Of a stretch of 64,000 nt of DNA, positions 29,272 to 40,007 are shown one piece after another (within the stretch, counting starts at the first letter, position 1; each line of letters starts with the position of its first letter). This DNA comes from Nitrospirales bacterium (lineage in GTDB: Bacteria > Nitrospirota > Nitrospiria > Nitrospirales > UBA8639). The notes beneath the pieces are model-generated. The model was not told where the DNA came from. It saw only the letters and a program-made list of their open reading frames with translations, and made no database searches. The DNA is taken from positions 1,536,001 to 1,600,000 of the forward strand of contig CBDCWC010000002.1 in the NCBI GenBank assembly GCA_965223295.1, given 5' to 3'. Position numbers and translations under genes: made by a program.

Positions 29272-32200
29272 ATGACATCTAAACATTACCAAGGTTCTTC
29301 AAGCGGTCGAACCGTTAAGGCCCGAGAGCTTCAATATATTCAACGCCACGCCGATGGCCAGTTACTTGATCACTGTCAAAATGGGCGTCCGGCCTATGTC
29401 CTCCATTCTCCCCACATGGGGAAGTCAAGCCTGATAGCACAAACGGCTGAACAACTTGACGCGACAACGCACCATGCCATTCTTATCGATCTGAGTCAGT
29501 TTCCTCTGCCTCCCCAAGAGGAGGAATGGTTTTCAAAAATTGTCCGTATTCTTGATGATAGCCTCGACCTCACGACCGACCCGATCAGTTGGTGGGACGA
29601 GCACCAAGACCTTCCTCCTCATACACGACTGACACAACTCCTTATCGATATCATTCTCCCGGAAACAACCAGGCCCTTAGTTTTGTTCATTGATGAAATT
29701 GAACGAACGATCCCGCTCCCATTCCGCAAACATTTCTTTGAATGGCTTTCCGCGCTCTATGAATCACGAGAGACTAACTCCACGCTGTATCGGCTTTCTT
29801 TTGTTGTCTGTGGGGTAGCCACCCCAACTCAATTAATTCCTGAAGGCGATTCATCCTTATTCCAATGGAGTCACCATGTGGAGCTCTCAGATTTTACGCT
29901 GGAAGAAACGCTTCCCTTGGCCGAAGGACTTAGCCTTCCAACCGATGCCGCTCGTGAAACCATGCAATGGATTTATCGCTGGACGCATGGACATCCCTAT
30001 CTGACCCAATTACTCTGCCGATTGTTAGAGGAACAGCATCGAACCAGCTGGGTTAAGACAGATGTTGATGAGTGTATTCGGCATTTCCTCGATAGTCCCC
30101 AAGGCCGCCATGAGACGAATATTCAATTCGTTCGCACCTCCTTAACAGAACCAAATACCAACGGAGTCACTCTTCTTGAACCATACTCACAACTCTTGGA
30201 AGGCAAGACCGACACACTTAAAGACAATCCGGAAACCGTAGAACAGCTCCGGTTAGTCGGCGTTCTTCGTGAGGATGACGAAGAAATTTCCATTCGAAAT
30301 CTCATCTACCAGGAAGCCTTTCCCCTTACCTGGGTCAAAGGTCATCTGCAATCATCTCCTGCAAGTACTGCAAGCTCGCCACCAGCTGTTACGCCACCGG
30401 CTCCTGCTCCTCAGCAATCATATGTCCTCGCAGCTAGCCTGCTCTTAGTTGGCATTGGGTTACTGTGGTGGTGGTTCCGTGGCCCTGTTTCATCTCCTCC
30501 GTCAACTCCGACAGAGCAGATCTCCTCCATCCCGAAGAAAACTCAACCGGCTCCATCCGACACGACGGAGAGCCGGGATGTTCCCCAGCAGTCTAAAGCC
30601 CTCCTGGAAGCTCAGGAAAAAATTCAAGAACTTGAAACGACCTTAGCAAGCTACCAACAACTTTCTACAGACGAAGCTCAAAACTTAAAAGACCAACGTG
30701 CACAGTTAGAGACGCAACTTGTCTCTAAAGATGAGGCACTAGCTAAGCTCAAAACCAAAATACAAGAATTGGAGAACGCCCTTGCCGACCAAGAGCATGC
30801 TCATGACAACACAATAGCCGACTTACGGGCCGACCAAGAACACTGGCAAACCAAGGCCACCACAACCGATAAGGAATTACAATCGGCCCTTGAAGAAGTC
30901 AAAACTTTACAAATGGCCGTCCTCAAAAACTCAACATTATCCCCTTCTGAAATTAATACCTTAATGGCCGACCGCTCTCGATTAGAAGCTCAAGTCAAGT
31001 CTGCCAATACGGAACTAGCCCAAGCCCAAGATCGCTCTCGAGAGCTGGACTCGTTACTCACACAACAACAACAATTGGTTGAGAAGACCAAGAAAGAACT
31101 TTCAGAAGAACGGACCCGTTTGAACACCAAAATCAAGGAACTGGAAACCACCGTTCATGATACCCGGCAGGCACTCACGCTGACAGAAGAATCAGCAGAA
31201 CAACATGCGAAGCTGGCTCAAACCGAGCGACAACGACTTCAGCAGGATCGCGCTAAGATAAAGCAACTCTTGGCGGCTAGCCAAGAAGAGTTAGCGGCCA
31301 CAAAAACTCAGAAGACTGATCTTGAAACGACCTTAGCACAAAACGAGCAGTCTATTCAGGAAGAACGCCAAGAACGTACGAAACTCAGCACCGAGCTTCA
31401 AGATCTTCGCTCAAGAGACATGCAAGCAACTAATCGGATCAGCCAACTTGAAACACTCTTGGCTCAAGAACGTGAGTCCGCTAGCAACACCATGACTTCC
31501 GTGCAACAAGAACGCGATCAATTACGTAATCAATTAGCCCAAGCTCAACGGGATCTCAATTCCGCGAAAACTCAAATCGCCACATTAGGAGATCAGCTTT
31601 TGACAGCCGGGGCTCAAGCACTACACAGCAAAAATGCCTTGCAGACAATTCATGCATCTTCCTCTGACCAAGCGCGTCGGACCGAAGAAAAGGTTGCTGA
31701 TTTGGTATCGGCACGTTCCGCCCTTCAAAAACAGATAGAGGAAAGAGAGGCTGACTTAACCCAAGTCAAAGAAGAACGGGATCAATATTCTCAGAAGCTA
31801 CGGGGAACGGAGCAGCAACTGGTCAAAGCTCAAGAACAGATTCAAAGGTTAGAACAATCTTTACAATCGGCCTCCTCTAAAATTGCGCAAGAAAAAGCTC
31901 GACAGGCCGCTTCTTCAACTTCCGGCAATTCTCTGAGTTCTTCTGCTGCGAAGGATATTGTCAACGCAGTTGTCACAATCGCCGACAAACTCACCCAAAC
32001 ACCAAGTCCCATACAGTCCGAGACAGCCAGATTGCTTTGGGCTCGACAGGCTTATGTCCTGAACCTTCGAACCCAAGGCACACAGTCGGCAATGATCGAT
32101 CAAGCCCTGCGAGCGAATCTCCATGCCGCTCCCATCCAACTCAAGGGCGTAACTGGCAGAGTGCATACCTTGACATTTGATCGTTCTGGCGATCACATCA

Positions 32201-33285
32201 TTGGTGGAACAAGCAAAGGCACGATCCTCATATGGTCAATGACCAATCCTCTGAAATCCCCTCAAATGCTCACTGGACATTCTGCTGGTGTTTTATCCGT
32301 CACGGTTAGTCCAAATGGACAACAACTGGCTTCTGGAAGCCTAGATTCCACTATTCGGCTCTGGGATCTTACGGAATCCCAAAAGCGGCCTCGTATTCTT
32401 CAGGCACATATCAAAGGCATCACAAGTTTGGCTTTCCGCCCAGATGGGAAAGAACTCGCATCAGGGAGCCAAGACCACACCATTCGATTGTGGGATTTGA
32501 CAAATGCCAAAGTACCCCAGGTGACACTAGGCACACATGCTGGCCGGGTCAATGCTATTGCCTATTCACCCGATGGCAAAGCACTCTTTTCTGGTGGCGA
32601 CGATCTTAGCCTTCGTATGTGGGACCTCCAGCGAAAGGACGTCCCACCAAAAATTTGGCGAGGGCACCAACAAAGTATTTCGACAATCGCTATTCACCCG
32701 TCAGGATGGACCGTGGCAACTGGCAGTCGGGATCGGAAAATTGGGCTATGGGACCTCCGCCAATCCTTAATTACTCCGACATTTTTACGAGGAGCTGAAG
32801 GACGAATATCGGAAATCCAATTCAGTCCAGATGGAACCTCTTTGGCCTCGGTCAGTTCGGATAAAACCTTACGCATTTGGAACTGGGAGAAACCGGCCCA
32901 GCCGCCAATCCAGTTTCCAAAACTCAAAGGAAATTTAGAAGCGTTGGCCATTAGCTCAGACGGACAAACTATTGCGGCGGGTGGGAGTAGCCAACGAGTG
33001 ACACTTTGGTCTGGAACAGAACAATTAGCTCATGCAGTATGCGATACCGCAAAAGAAAATCTTTCCTTTTCGGAATGGAAGAAAATCATAGGAGAGAAGA
33101 TCCCCTATGAACGAACTTGTCCTAATCTACCCATACACCCCTCATTTTTGGAAGAAGGAAAGCGATTAGCAAAAGAAGGATCTCGCGATCAGGCTGAATC
33201 TATATTTCAACGAGCCAAACAACTTGACCCGTTTTTAGAACTTGATCCTAAAGAAGAAGTAGAAAAGCTGTCTGCCAAATCCTGA
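29272..33285 (+). CDS. AAA-like (STAND/AAA_35-type) ATPase - TM - long coiled coil - WD40 repeat protein
   Basis: Walker A-like HSPHMGKSSL, Walker B LVLFIDEIE and WTHGHPYLTQ. One TM (LAASLLLVGIGLLWWWF), a Q/E/L-rich heptad region and about seven GH...WD repeats. Confidence 0.85.
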   Translation: MTSKHYQGSSSGRTVKARELQYIQRHADGQLLDHCQNGRPAYVLHSPHMGKSSLIAQTAEQLDATTHHAILIDLSQFPLPPQEEEWFSKIVRILDDSLDLTTDPISWWDEHQDLPPHTRLTQLLIDIILPETTRPLVLFIDEIERTIPLPFRKHFFEWLSALYESRETNSTLYRLSFVVCGVATPTQLIPEGDSSLFQWSHHVELSDFTLEETLPLAEGLSLPTDAARETMQWIYRWTHGHPYLTQLLCRLLEEQHRTSWVKTDVDECIRHFLDSPQGRHETNIQFVRTSLTEPNTNGVTLLEPYSQLLEGKTDTLKDNPETVEQLRLVGVLREDDEEISIRNLIYQEAFPLTWVKGHLQSSPASTASSPPAVTPPAPAPQQSYVLAASLLLVGIGLLWWWFRGPVSSPPSTPTEQISSIPKKTQPAPSDTTESRDVPQQSKALLEAQEKIQELETTLASYQQLSTDEAQNLKDQRAQLETQLVSKDEALAKLKTKIQELENALADQEHAHDNTIADLRADQEHWQTKATTTDKELQSALEEVKTLQMAVLKNSTLSPSEINTLMADRSRLEAQVKSANTELAQAQDRSRELDSLLTQQQQLVEKTKKELSEERTRLNTKIKELETTVHDTRQALTLTEESAEQHAKLAQTERQRLQQDRAKIKQLLAASQEELAATKTQKTDLETTLAQNEQSIQEERQERTKLSTELQDLRSRDMQATNRISQLETLLAQERESASNTMTSVQQERDQLRNQLAQAQRDLNSAKTQIATLGDQLLTAGAQALHSKNALQTIHASSSDQARRTEEKVADLVSARSALQKQIEEREADLTQVKEERDQYSQKLRGTEQQLVKAQEQIQRLEQSLQSASSKIAQEKARQAASSTSGNSLSSSAAKDIVNAVVTIADKLTQTPSPIQSETARLLWARQAYVLNLRTQGTQSAMIDQALRANLHAAPIQLKGVTGRVHTLTFDRSGDHIIGGTSKGTILIWSMTNPLKSPQMLTGHSAGVLSVTVSPNGQQLASGSLDSTIRLWDLTESQKRPRILQAHIKGITSLAFRPDGKELASGSQDHTIRLWDLTNAKVPQVTLGTHAGRVNAIAYSPDGKALFSGGDDLSLRMWDLQRKDVPPKIWRGHQQSISTIAIHPSGWTVATGSRDRKIGLWDLRQSLITPTFLRGAEGRISEIQFSPDGTSLASVSSDKTLRIWNWEKPAQPPIQFPKLKGNLEALAISSDGQTIAAGGSSQRVTLWSGTEQLAHAVCDTAKENLSFSEWKKIIGEKIPYERTCPNLPIHPSFLEEGKRLAKEGSRDQAESIFQRAKQLDPFLELDPKEEVEKLSAKS

Positions 33286-33455
33286 ATGCTCTTCAAATTC
33301 CGGGCCCGGCCATATTTTCCTTTACCCACCCTCTTCACACCTTCCAATCGAACAGGCTTCCTATTGAAGCTATTGATACATAAAGTTTTCTGGCATTGAT
33401 TCCCACTCTACCAACAGTAAGACTGTGGGCTATTCAGGAGTTAATTTCCATCTAA

Positions 33456-33648
33456 GGGTCTGCTGAAAAAATCCGTCAGCGGCGTTCTTGCCATTTTTCC
33501 GTACTCACGTAGTACCAGTACGCTCCACGCGAAAAAATGGCTGCGGCCTTGCTGAACGGACTTTTTTGAACCGACCCGAAGCTAATGGCCTCCAACGTCT
33601 TCCTGGCGAAACATGGTCTTCAGTATCCTCATTCTACATCGCTCTCTC
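33456..33648 (-). repeat. ~190-bp MITE-like repeat, copy B
   Basis: GGGTCTGCTGAAAAAATCCGTCAGCGGCGTTCT...CAGTACGCTCC...ATGGTCTTCAGTATCCTCATT. Reverse orientation to copy A. Confidence 0.85.
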
Positions 33649-33743
33649 TAAGGATAACATGGAGCACTTGACGTTTGAATGTGATGTCTAAATTTCATCA
33701 TCATTGAATGGAACGATTCCTTGCTTGAACTTCGACGATTCCA

Positions 33744-35318
33744 TTAAGAGGAAACAGGTGTTTCCTGATGGCTTGTGACTTCTACTATAAGACTGTGTTT
33801 GCGAGAAGAACCGCTCAAGACAGGCTCTGATAAAAGGATATTTCGCAAGGCATAACATACATCGTTGTACTTTTTCCTACTCCATCCTCGTAGCCATAAC
33901 AGCCCTAATATCACCAGGACTATGGCAAGTAAATACAAGGGTTGCTGGACAACAACTAGGTTAATGAAATTTTCAAACATTCCCGGCAAGATATATTTCA
34001 GAGTTTTAGCCAGATAATGAAACGCTGCCCCGATTCCCTCTTGACTCATATTTGTTGAATGCACTGGCCAACTCCACAGCCACAAGGCAGCTCCCAGGAG
34101 AAAAAGAGACACATCCAAGAAAGCCCCATACAAGTAACTGCGCCACTTGGTCCATTTTTGCAATTGTTGTTGCAGCACTTCCCATTGAGAATGGTTCAAC
34201 GTGACGGTTTTCTCTGGTTTGCCTTCAGACACCACGGCAAATGAGGAAGGCAAATGACCGGGCGCATAATTGCCACTGAAGCGTACTATTCGTTCGAACA
34301 CACTCTGATGAATCTTGATGGGATTTGAGGAACTGATTCTCTCACGACAGAGATCAGCGATGTGGCGAGGATAGTAGCGCTAGAAGACTCCCAACCCGTT
34401 ACGTTCATTATAAAGTCGGCCATGTGGATTGGCTTTGGCATGCACCTCCTCCATTGCTCCGGGCTTGAGCGTCAAACCCAAGGGGATAGCCTTTGATAAC
34501 ATCCATTCGAGCGCGATGTGCGACAAGCCAGCTCGACCATATCCTCCCCCCACATTAGAATGAGCGCCCGCGAACCACACTTGTTCTACCTTCGTCGTTC
34601 CATCCTTTGGCTCTTTCCAGACTTTTGGTTCAAACGACAGTCGTTCGTCATCAATGGCCAAAGCCTGAAAGGCATGCTTCACGTTGCTGGTCAATTCATA
34701 CTGGTAAAAACGGTGTGCAAAGATCGTCTTGTCACAGAGCCAATCCAGCCCATGAAACAGTACATTTAATACGGGGCTCAGAATCCCCGCGATCCTCCAA
34801 TGTTGGGGGAATCCCAAGGCTGAGACTGTATCCCACACCCCTATGTAGGTTAGCTCTATGGCTCCGTGGTTGGGGAAAAGCAAGCCAGATTGTTTATGTT
34901 TGTAATGACAGTAGGCTTCCTTAATTTTCCCGTCTAATATTTCTTTATCCATATTCCGGCCATCTACAAGACCTGCCGCGGCAATCATCCCTGATAAGGC
35001 ACGAACTTCAGCAGCCCCGCGACTAAACCCAAATAGAAACACCCGATCTGGCGAGGTTTTTTGGTCACCTGGCTCATAATTTCTGGCCAAAAACTCATAC
35101 AGTTCCAGCACATTGCGTTTAAACCCAAAGCCAAACGCTCCCGTGAATGCCCGCCAATAGGCATTACTGGCAGTGCCGACGCCATTGTCATAATAGGTCC
35201 ATTGTGGCTTTGACGAATTATTTCGATCAATCAGGTGATAGGTCCGATACACATTCGAATCAGGAGTCGTACCACCCAGATTTCCCGTTCCATCCGCACA
35301 AAGAATGAGATTTTTCAT
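33744..35318 (-). pseudogene. DUF2235 (Tle1-like) alpha/beta hydrolase with C-terminal TMs, interrupted by one in-frame TAG at 34380-34382
   Basis: Motifs CADGTGN, YDNGVGT, GFSRGA, GVWDTV, AIDDER and WFAGAHSNVGGG. Reading through the TAG gives GVF*RYYPRHI...KIHQSVFERI...YAPGHLP, in frame with the 33744-34301 ORF. Confidence 0.85.
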
Positions 35319-35620
35319 GCCAGCCTCCCACGGCAAGTATGTTGGTCCTACTAATAGACTTTTCTACACATCCGTTGTCCATTCACCCTAGAAGCAATAG
35401 CAAGGTAAATGAAGATTTCTTCCAGCCGGATCTTGTCCCCATACACCTTGCTATGCATTGATTGAGCCAGAGAACTGTTAGCGGTTCGACTGCTGACGAT
35501 CTCCGGTGTCTCCGAAGTCAATACAATAGAACAACGTAAAAAACTCTGAGAACGTTCTCAATACCCTAATCTATTTCTGACATGTGGGAGATCATTTCGT
35601 TTTCCACAGTAGATTCATAT

Positions 35621-35762
35621 GGGCACCTCTAAAAAACCGATGATTTTTTCCGAGGGTAAGGAAGCGGCGCGCGGAAAACCGCAGTTTATGGGCCAATACA
35701 TGAGGATTTGTGCACGCGGCTGACGCGGCCATCGGGAAAAAGGACAGTTTTTAGAGGTTCCC
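35621..35762. mobile_element. 142-bp MITE-like element
   Basis: TIRs GGGCACCTCTAAAAA / TTTTTAGAGGTTCCC, flanked by ATAT on both sides. Non-coding. Confidence 0.75.
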
Positions 35763-36540
35763 ATATGCAAATTACTGAAGATACATACCATGCAGCAATT
35801 CTAGATGTCCGTTCACGATTACCTAGCAAAGCAGAAAGGAATAGCTTCTTAAACATCGGGAGATAGCACTTCGACATGAGTCTTATAGGTGGAATTTGTA
35901 TCTATTTAGATAAAAAGACGTATCTGTATAGATACAATACTTCATGACATTTAAGATCGCGATTTGCGCATTGCGTTGAAGCCATCAACTGTGCCTGTGG
36001 CAATCAGTAGAAAACGTACCAATCTGTCCCCTAACCTTCCTAAAAACAAAGGTATTCATTTCTTTTCAAAGACAAGGCTCCTCGCATGGATGCGAAGAAC
36101 GTTCTGGCACCATTCTCTGTTCCTTTCCTGATGAGACTGAAAAGGCTATTTGAAAGAATATGAGTACTCGAGTACTAGTAAGCAGGACAACTGGGAGATT
36201 TAGTTTATAGCGTGAACGACTTTGAGAGAAATTCACACCGCCAGCTTATGAATATCCCTCTTGAAGAGCTATTGTCGCTCATTCCTTATTCATTAGGAAA
36301 GAAACACTGGCTAGCTTGTAGCAGATCTACAAGAAATTGAGGTGAACAGGAAGCTGTAAATTCAAAAATGAAGGAGAACCATCGCTACATTTTACGCAAG
36401 GCTAATACAATGATGGAGCTAAGCCATCCAAGAAAGAGGATGTTCATAAAAAATCCTTCCATTCTTTACTTATCGGTAGACGGTTTCATTACCTTAAGTT
36501 TTGTCTTGTTATCGCTCATTGTTATCGATTGGTTAGACAC

Positions 36541-36732
36541 GGGGTCGGTTGAAAAAAGACGCCAGCGGCGTTCTCGCCATTGTTCCGTGCTCACATAGGA
36601 CCAGTACGCTCCGCGCGGCAAAATGGCTACGGCCTTGCTGGACGAACCTTTTTTAACTGGCCCGGAACCTCTGGTGGTCCGTAACGTCATGGTGCAATAT
36701 GGTCTTCAATATCGTCATTATTCAACAGTTCC
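36541..36732 (-). repeat. ~190-bp MITE-like repeat, copy C
   Basis: GGGGTCGGTTGAAAAAAGACGCCAGCGGCGTTCTCG...CAGTACGCTCC...ATATGGTCTTCAATATCGTCATTATTCAACAGTTCC. Confidence 0.85.
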
Positions 36733-36805
36733 ACAATCGTTCCAGAACAAACATTTGAGACTGAATTACAGCCAAAAAGGAGAAAGAGGCAGGAGAAAAG
36801 ATAAG

Positions 36806-38020
36806 CTAATGAACTGAGGGAACGGGCAACCCTGCAATGTGATCTAACAGTTCACCTGCGAGTTGGCGTTTGGACATGCGAGGCAGATGAACAGGAGAGG
36901 CATCAGGAGTCAAGAGAATGACGGTGTTATCATCCCGACCAAATGCTGATTCTGAGCCGCCAACTTGATTCACAACAAGCAGATCAAGATTTTTCGCTGT
37001 CAATTTGGCCTGTCCATTCTTGATCATATTCTCAGTTTCAGCCGCAAATCCAACGAGGCGTTGATGGGTACGCTGCGCGGACAGGGTCAATAAAATATCC
37101 GGCGTCCGCTCCAGGTGAAGCGATTCTCCATTCCATTGGTTCTTCTTTACTTTGTGTCTATGCGATTCTTTTGAACGAAAATCTCCAACAGCTGCAGACA
37201 TAATAAGGGTAGTGGCCCAATCGAAACGCGCCGTCATGGCCTGTAACATCTCATCCGCCGTGACGACAGGCACTCGCGTCACTCCTGAAGGGCAATCAAG
37301 CTTGGTGGGGCCCGAAACTAATACAACCTCAGCGCCTCGTGCGGCAGCCACTTCAGCCATAGCATAACCCATTTTCCCAGATGAGCCATTGCTGATAAAT
37401 CGAACAGGATCTATAGGTTCCTGCGTGGGACCCGCAGATATTAACACTCGCTCACCTTGCCAATCTTTTCGAGTGTGGAGAATCTGCTGCAAGGTAGACC
37501 AAATAGTTTCTTCAGAAGCCAGCCGCCCCTGCCCCCATTGCCCAGAAGCCAATTCACCACGTTCTGGTTCTACAATGACAGCTCCCCGGCTCCGCAATGT
37601 CTCGACATGCGCCTGCACGGAGGGATGAGACCACATGTCTCCATCCATAGCAGGACAAACCACCATGGGACATTGCAGGGTCAGCGCCATCGTGCCCAAA
37701 ACATCGTCAGCCAATCCTAACGCCAATTTGGCAAGCGTATTAGCCGTACATGGTGCTACGACTAACAAATTGGCTTGATCGGTCAACGAAAGATGCTTCA
37801 TGTCCTGATGACCAGAAAAGAGATCCTTGGTCACAGGCGAGCCGGATAAGACTTCAAATGTCAGCGGAGTCACAAATTGTGTGGCAGATTCTGTCATCAC
37901 CACATGGACAGTCATCCCTTTCTGGGTCAGCAATCGCAACAGTCCTACGGCTTTATAGGCAGCGATACTTCCCGTTACAGCCAGGACAACTCGTTGATCG
38001 ACCATTTGAAAATCAGGCAT
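36806..38020 (-). CDS. coaBC: bifunctional phosphopantothenoylcysteine decarboxylase/synthetase
   Basis: Motifs TGSIAAYK, APCTAN, EPIDPVRFISNGSSGKMG and GFAAET. Confidence 0.96.
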   Translation of the reverse strand: MPDFQMVDQRVVLAVTGSIAAYKAVGLLRLLTQKGMTVHVVMTESATQFVTPLTFEVLSGSPVTKDLFSGHQDMKHLSLTDQANLLVVAPCTANTLAKLALGLADDVLGTMALTLQCPMVVCPAMDGDMWSHPSVQAHVETLRSRGAVIVEPERGELASGQWGQGRLASEETIWSTLQQILHTRKDWQGERVLISAGPTQEPIDPVRFISNGSSGKMGYAMAEVAAARGAEVVLVSGPTKLDCPSGVTRVPVVTADEMLQAMTARFDWATTLIMSAAVGDFRSKESHRHKVKKNQWNGESLHLERTPDILLTLSAQRTHQRLVGFAAETENMIKNGQAKLTAKNLDLLVVNQVGGSESAFGRDDNTVILLTPDASPVHLPRMSKRQLAGELLDHIAGLPVPSVH

Positions 38021-38039
38021 GGATCAGGTTCACAATTTC

Positions 38040-38411
38040 TTACTCATCCGATTGTGGTTCAGCTTCGGCTACGCCGTGTTGAGCAGTATCATCAATATAC
38101 ACACTCAACTCTTTCTTAATTTCTTGGGCATTCTCATCAGGCGGCGCATACAGTGCTGGATCAATTGGTCGTTGACTTGCTATTCTCGCATCACGAATAG
38201 CCTGTTTGGCTTCTTGCCCAGTCAAATACGGGACATTTCCTCCCAACACTTCTTCAAGCGCAACGGAAGTGTCTTTCGCAAACTTGCTGCTCTCAGACGA
38301 CTCTGCTCCACGGACCAACTGCTTGGCTCGCTGAGCGGCTATCAACACGATCCTATAGCGAGAATCAAATTCTTTTTGATGATGTTGAGGCAATAACGAC
38401 AATGCATCCAT
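38040..38411 (-). CDS. rpoZ: RNA polymerase omega subunit
   Basis: DSRYRIVLIAAQRAKQL and ALEE, in the gmk-rpoZ-coaBC gene order. Confidence 0.92.
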   Translation of the reverse strand: MDALSLLPQHHQKEFDSRYRIVLIAAQRAKQLVRGAESSESSKFAKDTSVALEEVLGGNVPYLTGQEAKQAIRDARIASQRPIDPALYAPPDENAQEIKKELSVYIDDTAQHGVAEAEPQSDE

Positions 38412-38489
38412 CCACTCACCTTTGTCCTTTCTCGAGAGTTCTCAATCTGATTAATACCTATCAGGCGACAACACGGCTATGACACAATT

Positions 38490-39095
38490 TTATCGAAACA
38501 CTTGGGCTGGGTCTACATGGACCGTTCGTACTCGTTCACTAACAATCACGGCTCGCAATTCACGAATGGCCTGCTCAAGCGTTTCATTGCGAATAGTATA
38601 TTGATATTCTACATAGCATTTCATTTCCTCCTGAGATTGTTGAAACCGTCGCTCTTGTTCCTCAGAAGAATCCGTCGCGCGTTTAGCGAGCCGAGCCCGC
38701 AAGGTCTCTAATGAGGGAGGGAGTATGAAAATCGTCACCGCCTTCTGCAATGTTTTCATGACTTGCCGGGCGCCTTGCACATCAATATCCAATAAAATAT
38801 CGGTATGGGATTCATGCTCCTGCTCTAATTCTTTCCATGGCGTACCGTATAAGCGCCCATAGACTTCTGCCCATTCAGCAAAGGCATGCTCAGATATTTT
38901 TTTCCGAAATTCGTCTTCAGGAATAAATCGGTACTCTTTCCCATCTGTTTCGCCGGACCGAGGCGGCCGAGTGGTATAAGAGACGGACAAGCGAATATCT
39001 GGCATATCCTGCAAGATATGACGGCAAAGCGTGGATTTACCTACTCCCGAGGGTCCCGACACGATAACCAGCAATTTTTTACCTTCTACAGACAT
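38490..39095 (-). CDS. gmk: guanylate kinase
   Basis: Motifs SGPSGVGKST, SYTTRPPR, YGT and LDIDVQGA. Confidence 0.96.
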   Translation of the reverse strand: MSVEGKKLLVIVSGPSGVGKSTLCRHILQDMPDIRLSVSYTTRPPRSGETDGKEYRFIPEDEFRKKISEHAFAEWAEVYGRLYGTPWKELEQEHESHTDILLDIDVQGARQVMKTLQKAVTIFILPPSLETLRARLAKRATDSSEEQERRFQQSQEEMKCYVEYQYTIRNETLEQAIRELRAVIVSERVRTVHVDPAQVFR

Positions 39096-39128
39096 GCTGG
39101 CTCACTCACCATGCATTGCTGACATGAG

Positions 39129-40007
39129 CTATTCAATGTTTTGCACCTGTTCTCGAATCTTTTCCAATTCGCTTTTCAATTCCACCACCTCAGCAGAAAT
39201 TTCTCCATCATTGGCTTTGGAACCAATTGTATTCACTTCCCTGCCCATTTCCTGAAGAAGAAAATCAAGTCGTTTGCCCACAGGACCTTTGGTTTTTAGT
39301 CCGGCACGGAATTGCAGGAGATGGCTTTGCAGTCTCGTAAGCTCTTCCGTCACATCAGAGCGTTCCGCCAACATTGCAATTTCCTGAGCTAATCGATCCA
39401 TATTGACCGTCTGGCCTTCTAATAACTTTTCAACTCGCCCCTTCAGACGTACTCCGGAAGCCTTCAAGGCTATAGGTATACGTTCTTGAACCGTGCGAAG
39501 ACGTCCTTCAATCATCCGTATGCGTTGCGTCAAATCCTTTTGTAAAAGAACGCCTTCCTTTCTTCGCATTTTTTCTAAATCGCCCAACGCCTTTTTGGTG
39601 AGACCGGTCACAATCATTGGCATATCTTTGATTGGCGAGGTATCTTCATGGAACGAAAATAAATCACGGAAACCAGCTACGGCATTGACATCAATAGTCC
39701 CACTTAATCGACATTCGCGCTGCAACGCTTGCAAGCCCTGTATGTACCGGCGGGCTAGATCTTTGTCCAATTGGACAGTTTTTTTCGTACCGGACCCTCC
39801 ACCATTGACCGTAACCATCAACTCAATCCGTCCTCGTTCACAAATTTGTTTGACTTCTTCCTTGAGAGCCAACTCCATACTCGAGAGAGTTTTCGGAAGC
39901 CGCGCCAGGATTTCGCAGAATCGGTGATTGACTGAGCGAATTTCCACTCCTACCATCGTTCCCTTGGAGAGCGTTTCTCGTTTTCCAAATCCTGTCATAC
40001 TTTTCAT
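39129..40007 (-). CDS. yicC: YicC/YloC family endoribonuclease
   Basis: Motifs MKSMTGFG, SVNHRF, DVTEELTRL, REVNTIGSK and EQVQNIE. ATGA overlap with the nth stop. Confidence 0.93.
   Translation of the reverse strand: MKSMTGFGKRETLSKGTMVGVEIRSVNHRFCEILARLPKTLSSMELALKEEVKQICERGRIELMVTVNGGGSGTKKTVQLDKDLARRYIQGLQALQRECRLSGTIDVNAVAGFRDLFSFHEDTSPIKDMPMIVTGLTKKALGDLEKMRRKEGVLLQKDLTQRIRMIEGRLRTVQERIPIALKASGVRLKGRVEKLLEGQTVNMDRLAQEIAMLAERSDVTEELTRLQSHLLQFRAGLKTKGPVGKRLDFLLQEMGREVNTIGSKANDGEISAEVVELKSELEKIREQVQNIE

Noticed and set aside
29067..29282. 71-aa ORF upstream of the AAA-WD40 gene
   Set aside because: No RBS or recognisable motif. Probably untranslated leader.
34380..34382. Pyrrolysine decoding of the DUF2235 TAG
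   Set aside because: No pyl genes in the window, TAG is used as a normal stop by many genes here, and the position looks like a mutated Tyr.
35351..35458. 35-aa minus-strand ORF containing VYGDKIRLEEIF, resembling a histidine kinase N-box fragment
   Set aside because: Too short, the key Asn is absent and no flanking kinase sequence is recognisable.
36160..36540. Possible decayed gene starting MSTRVLV
   Set aside because: Multiple stops and no family I can identify.
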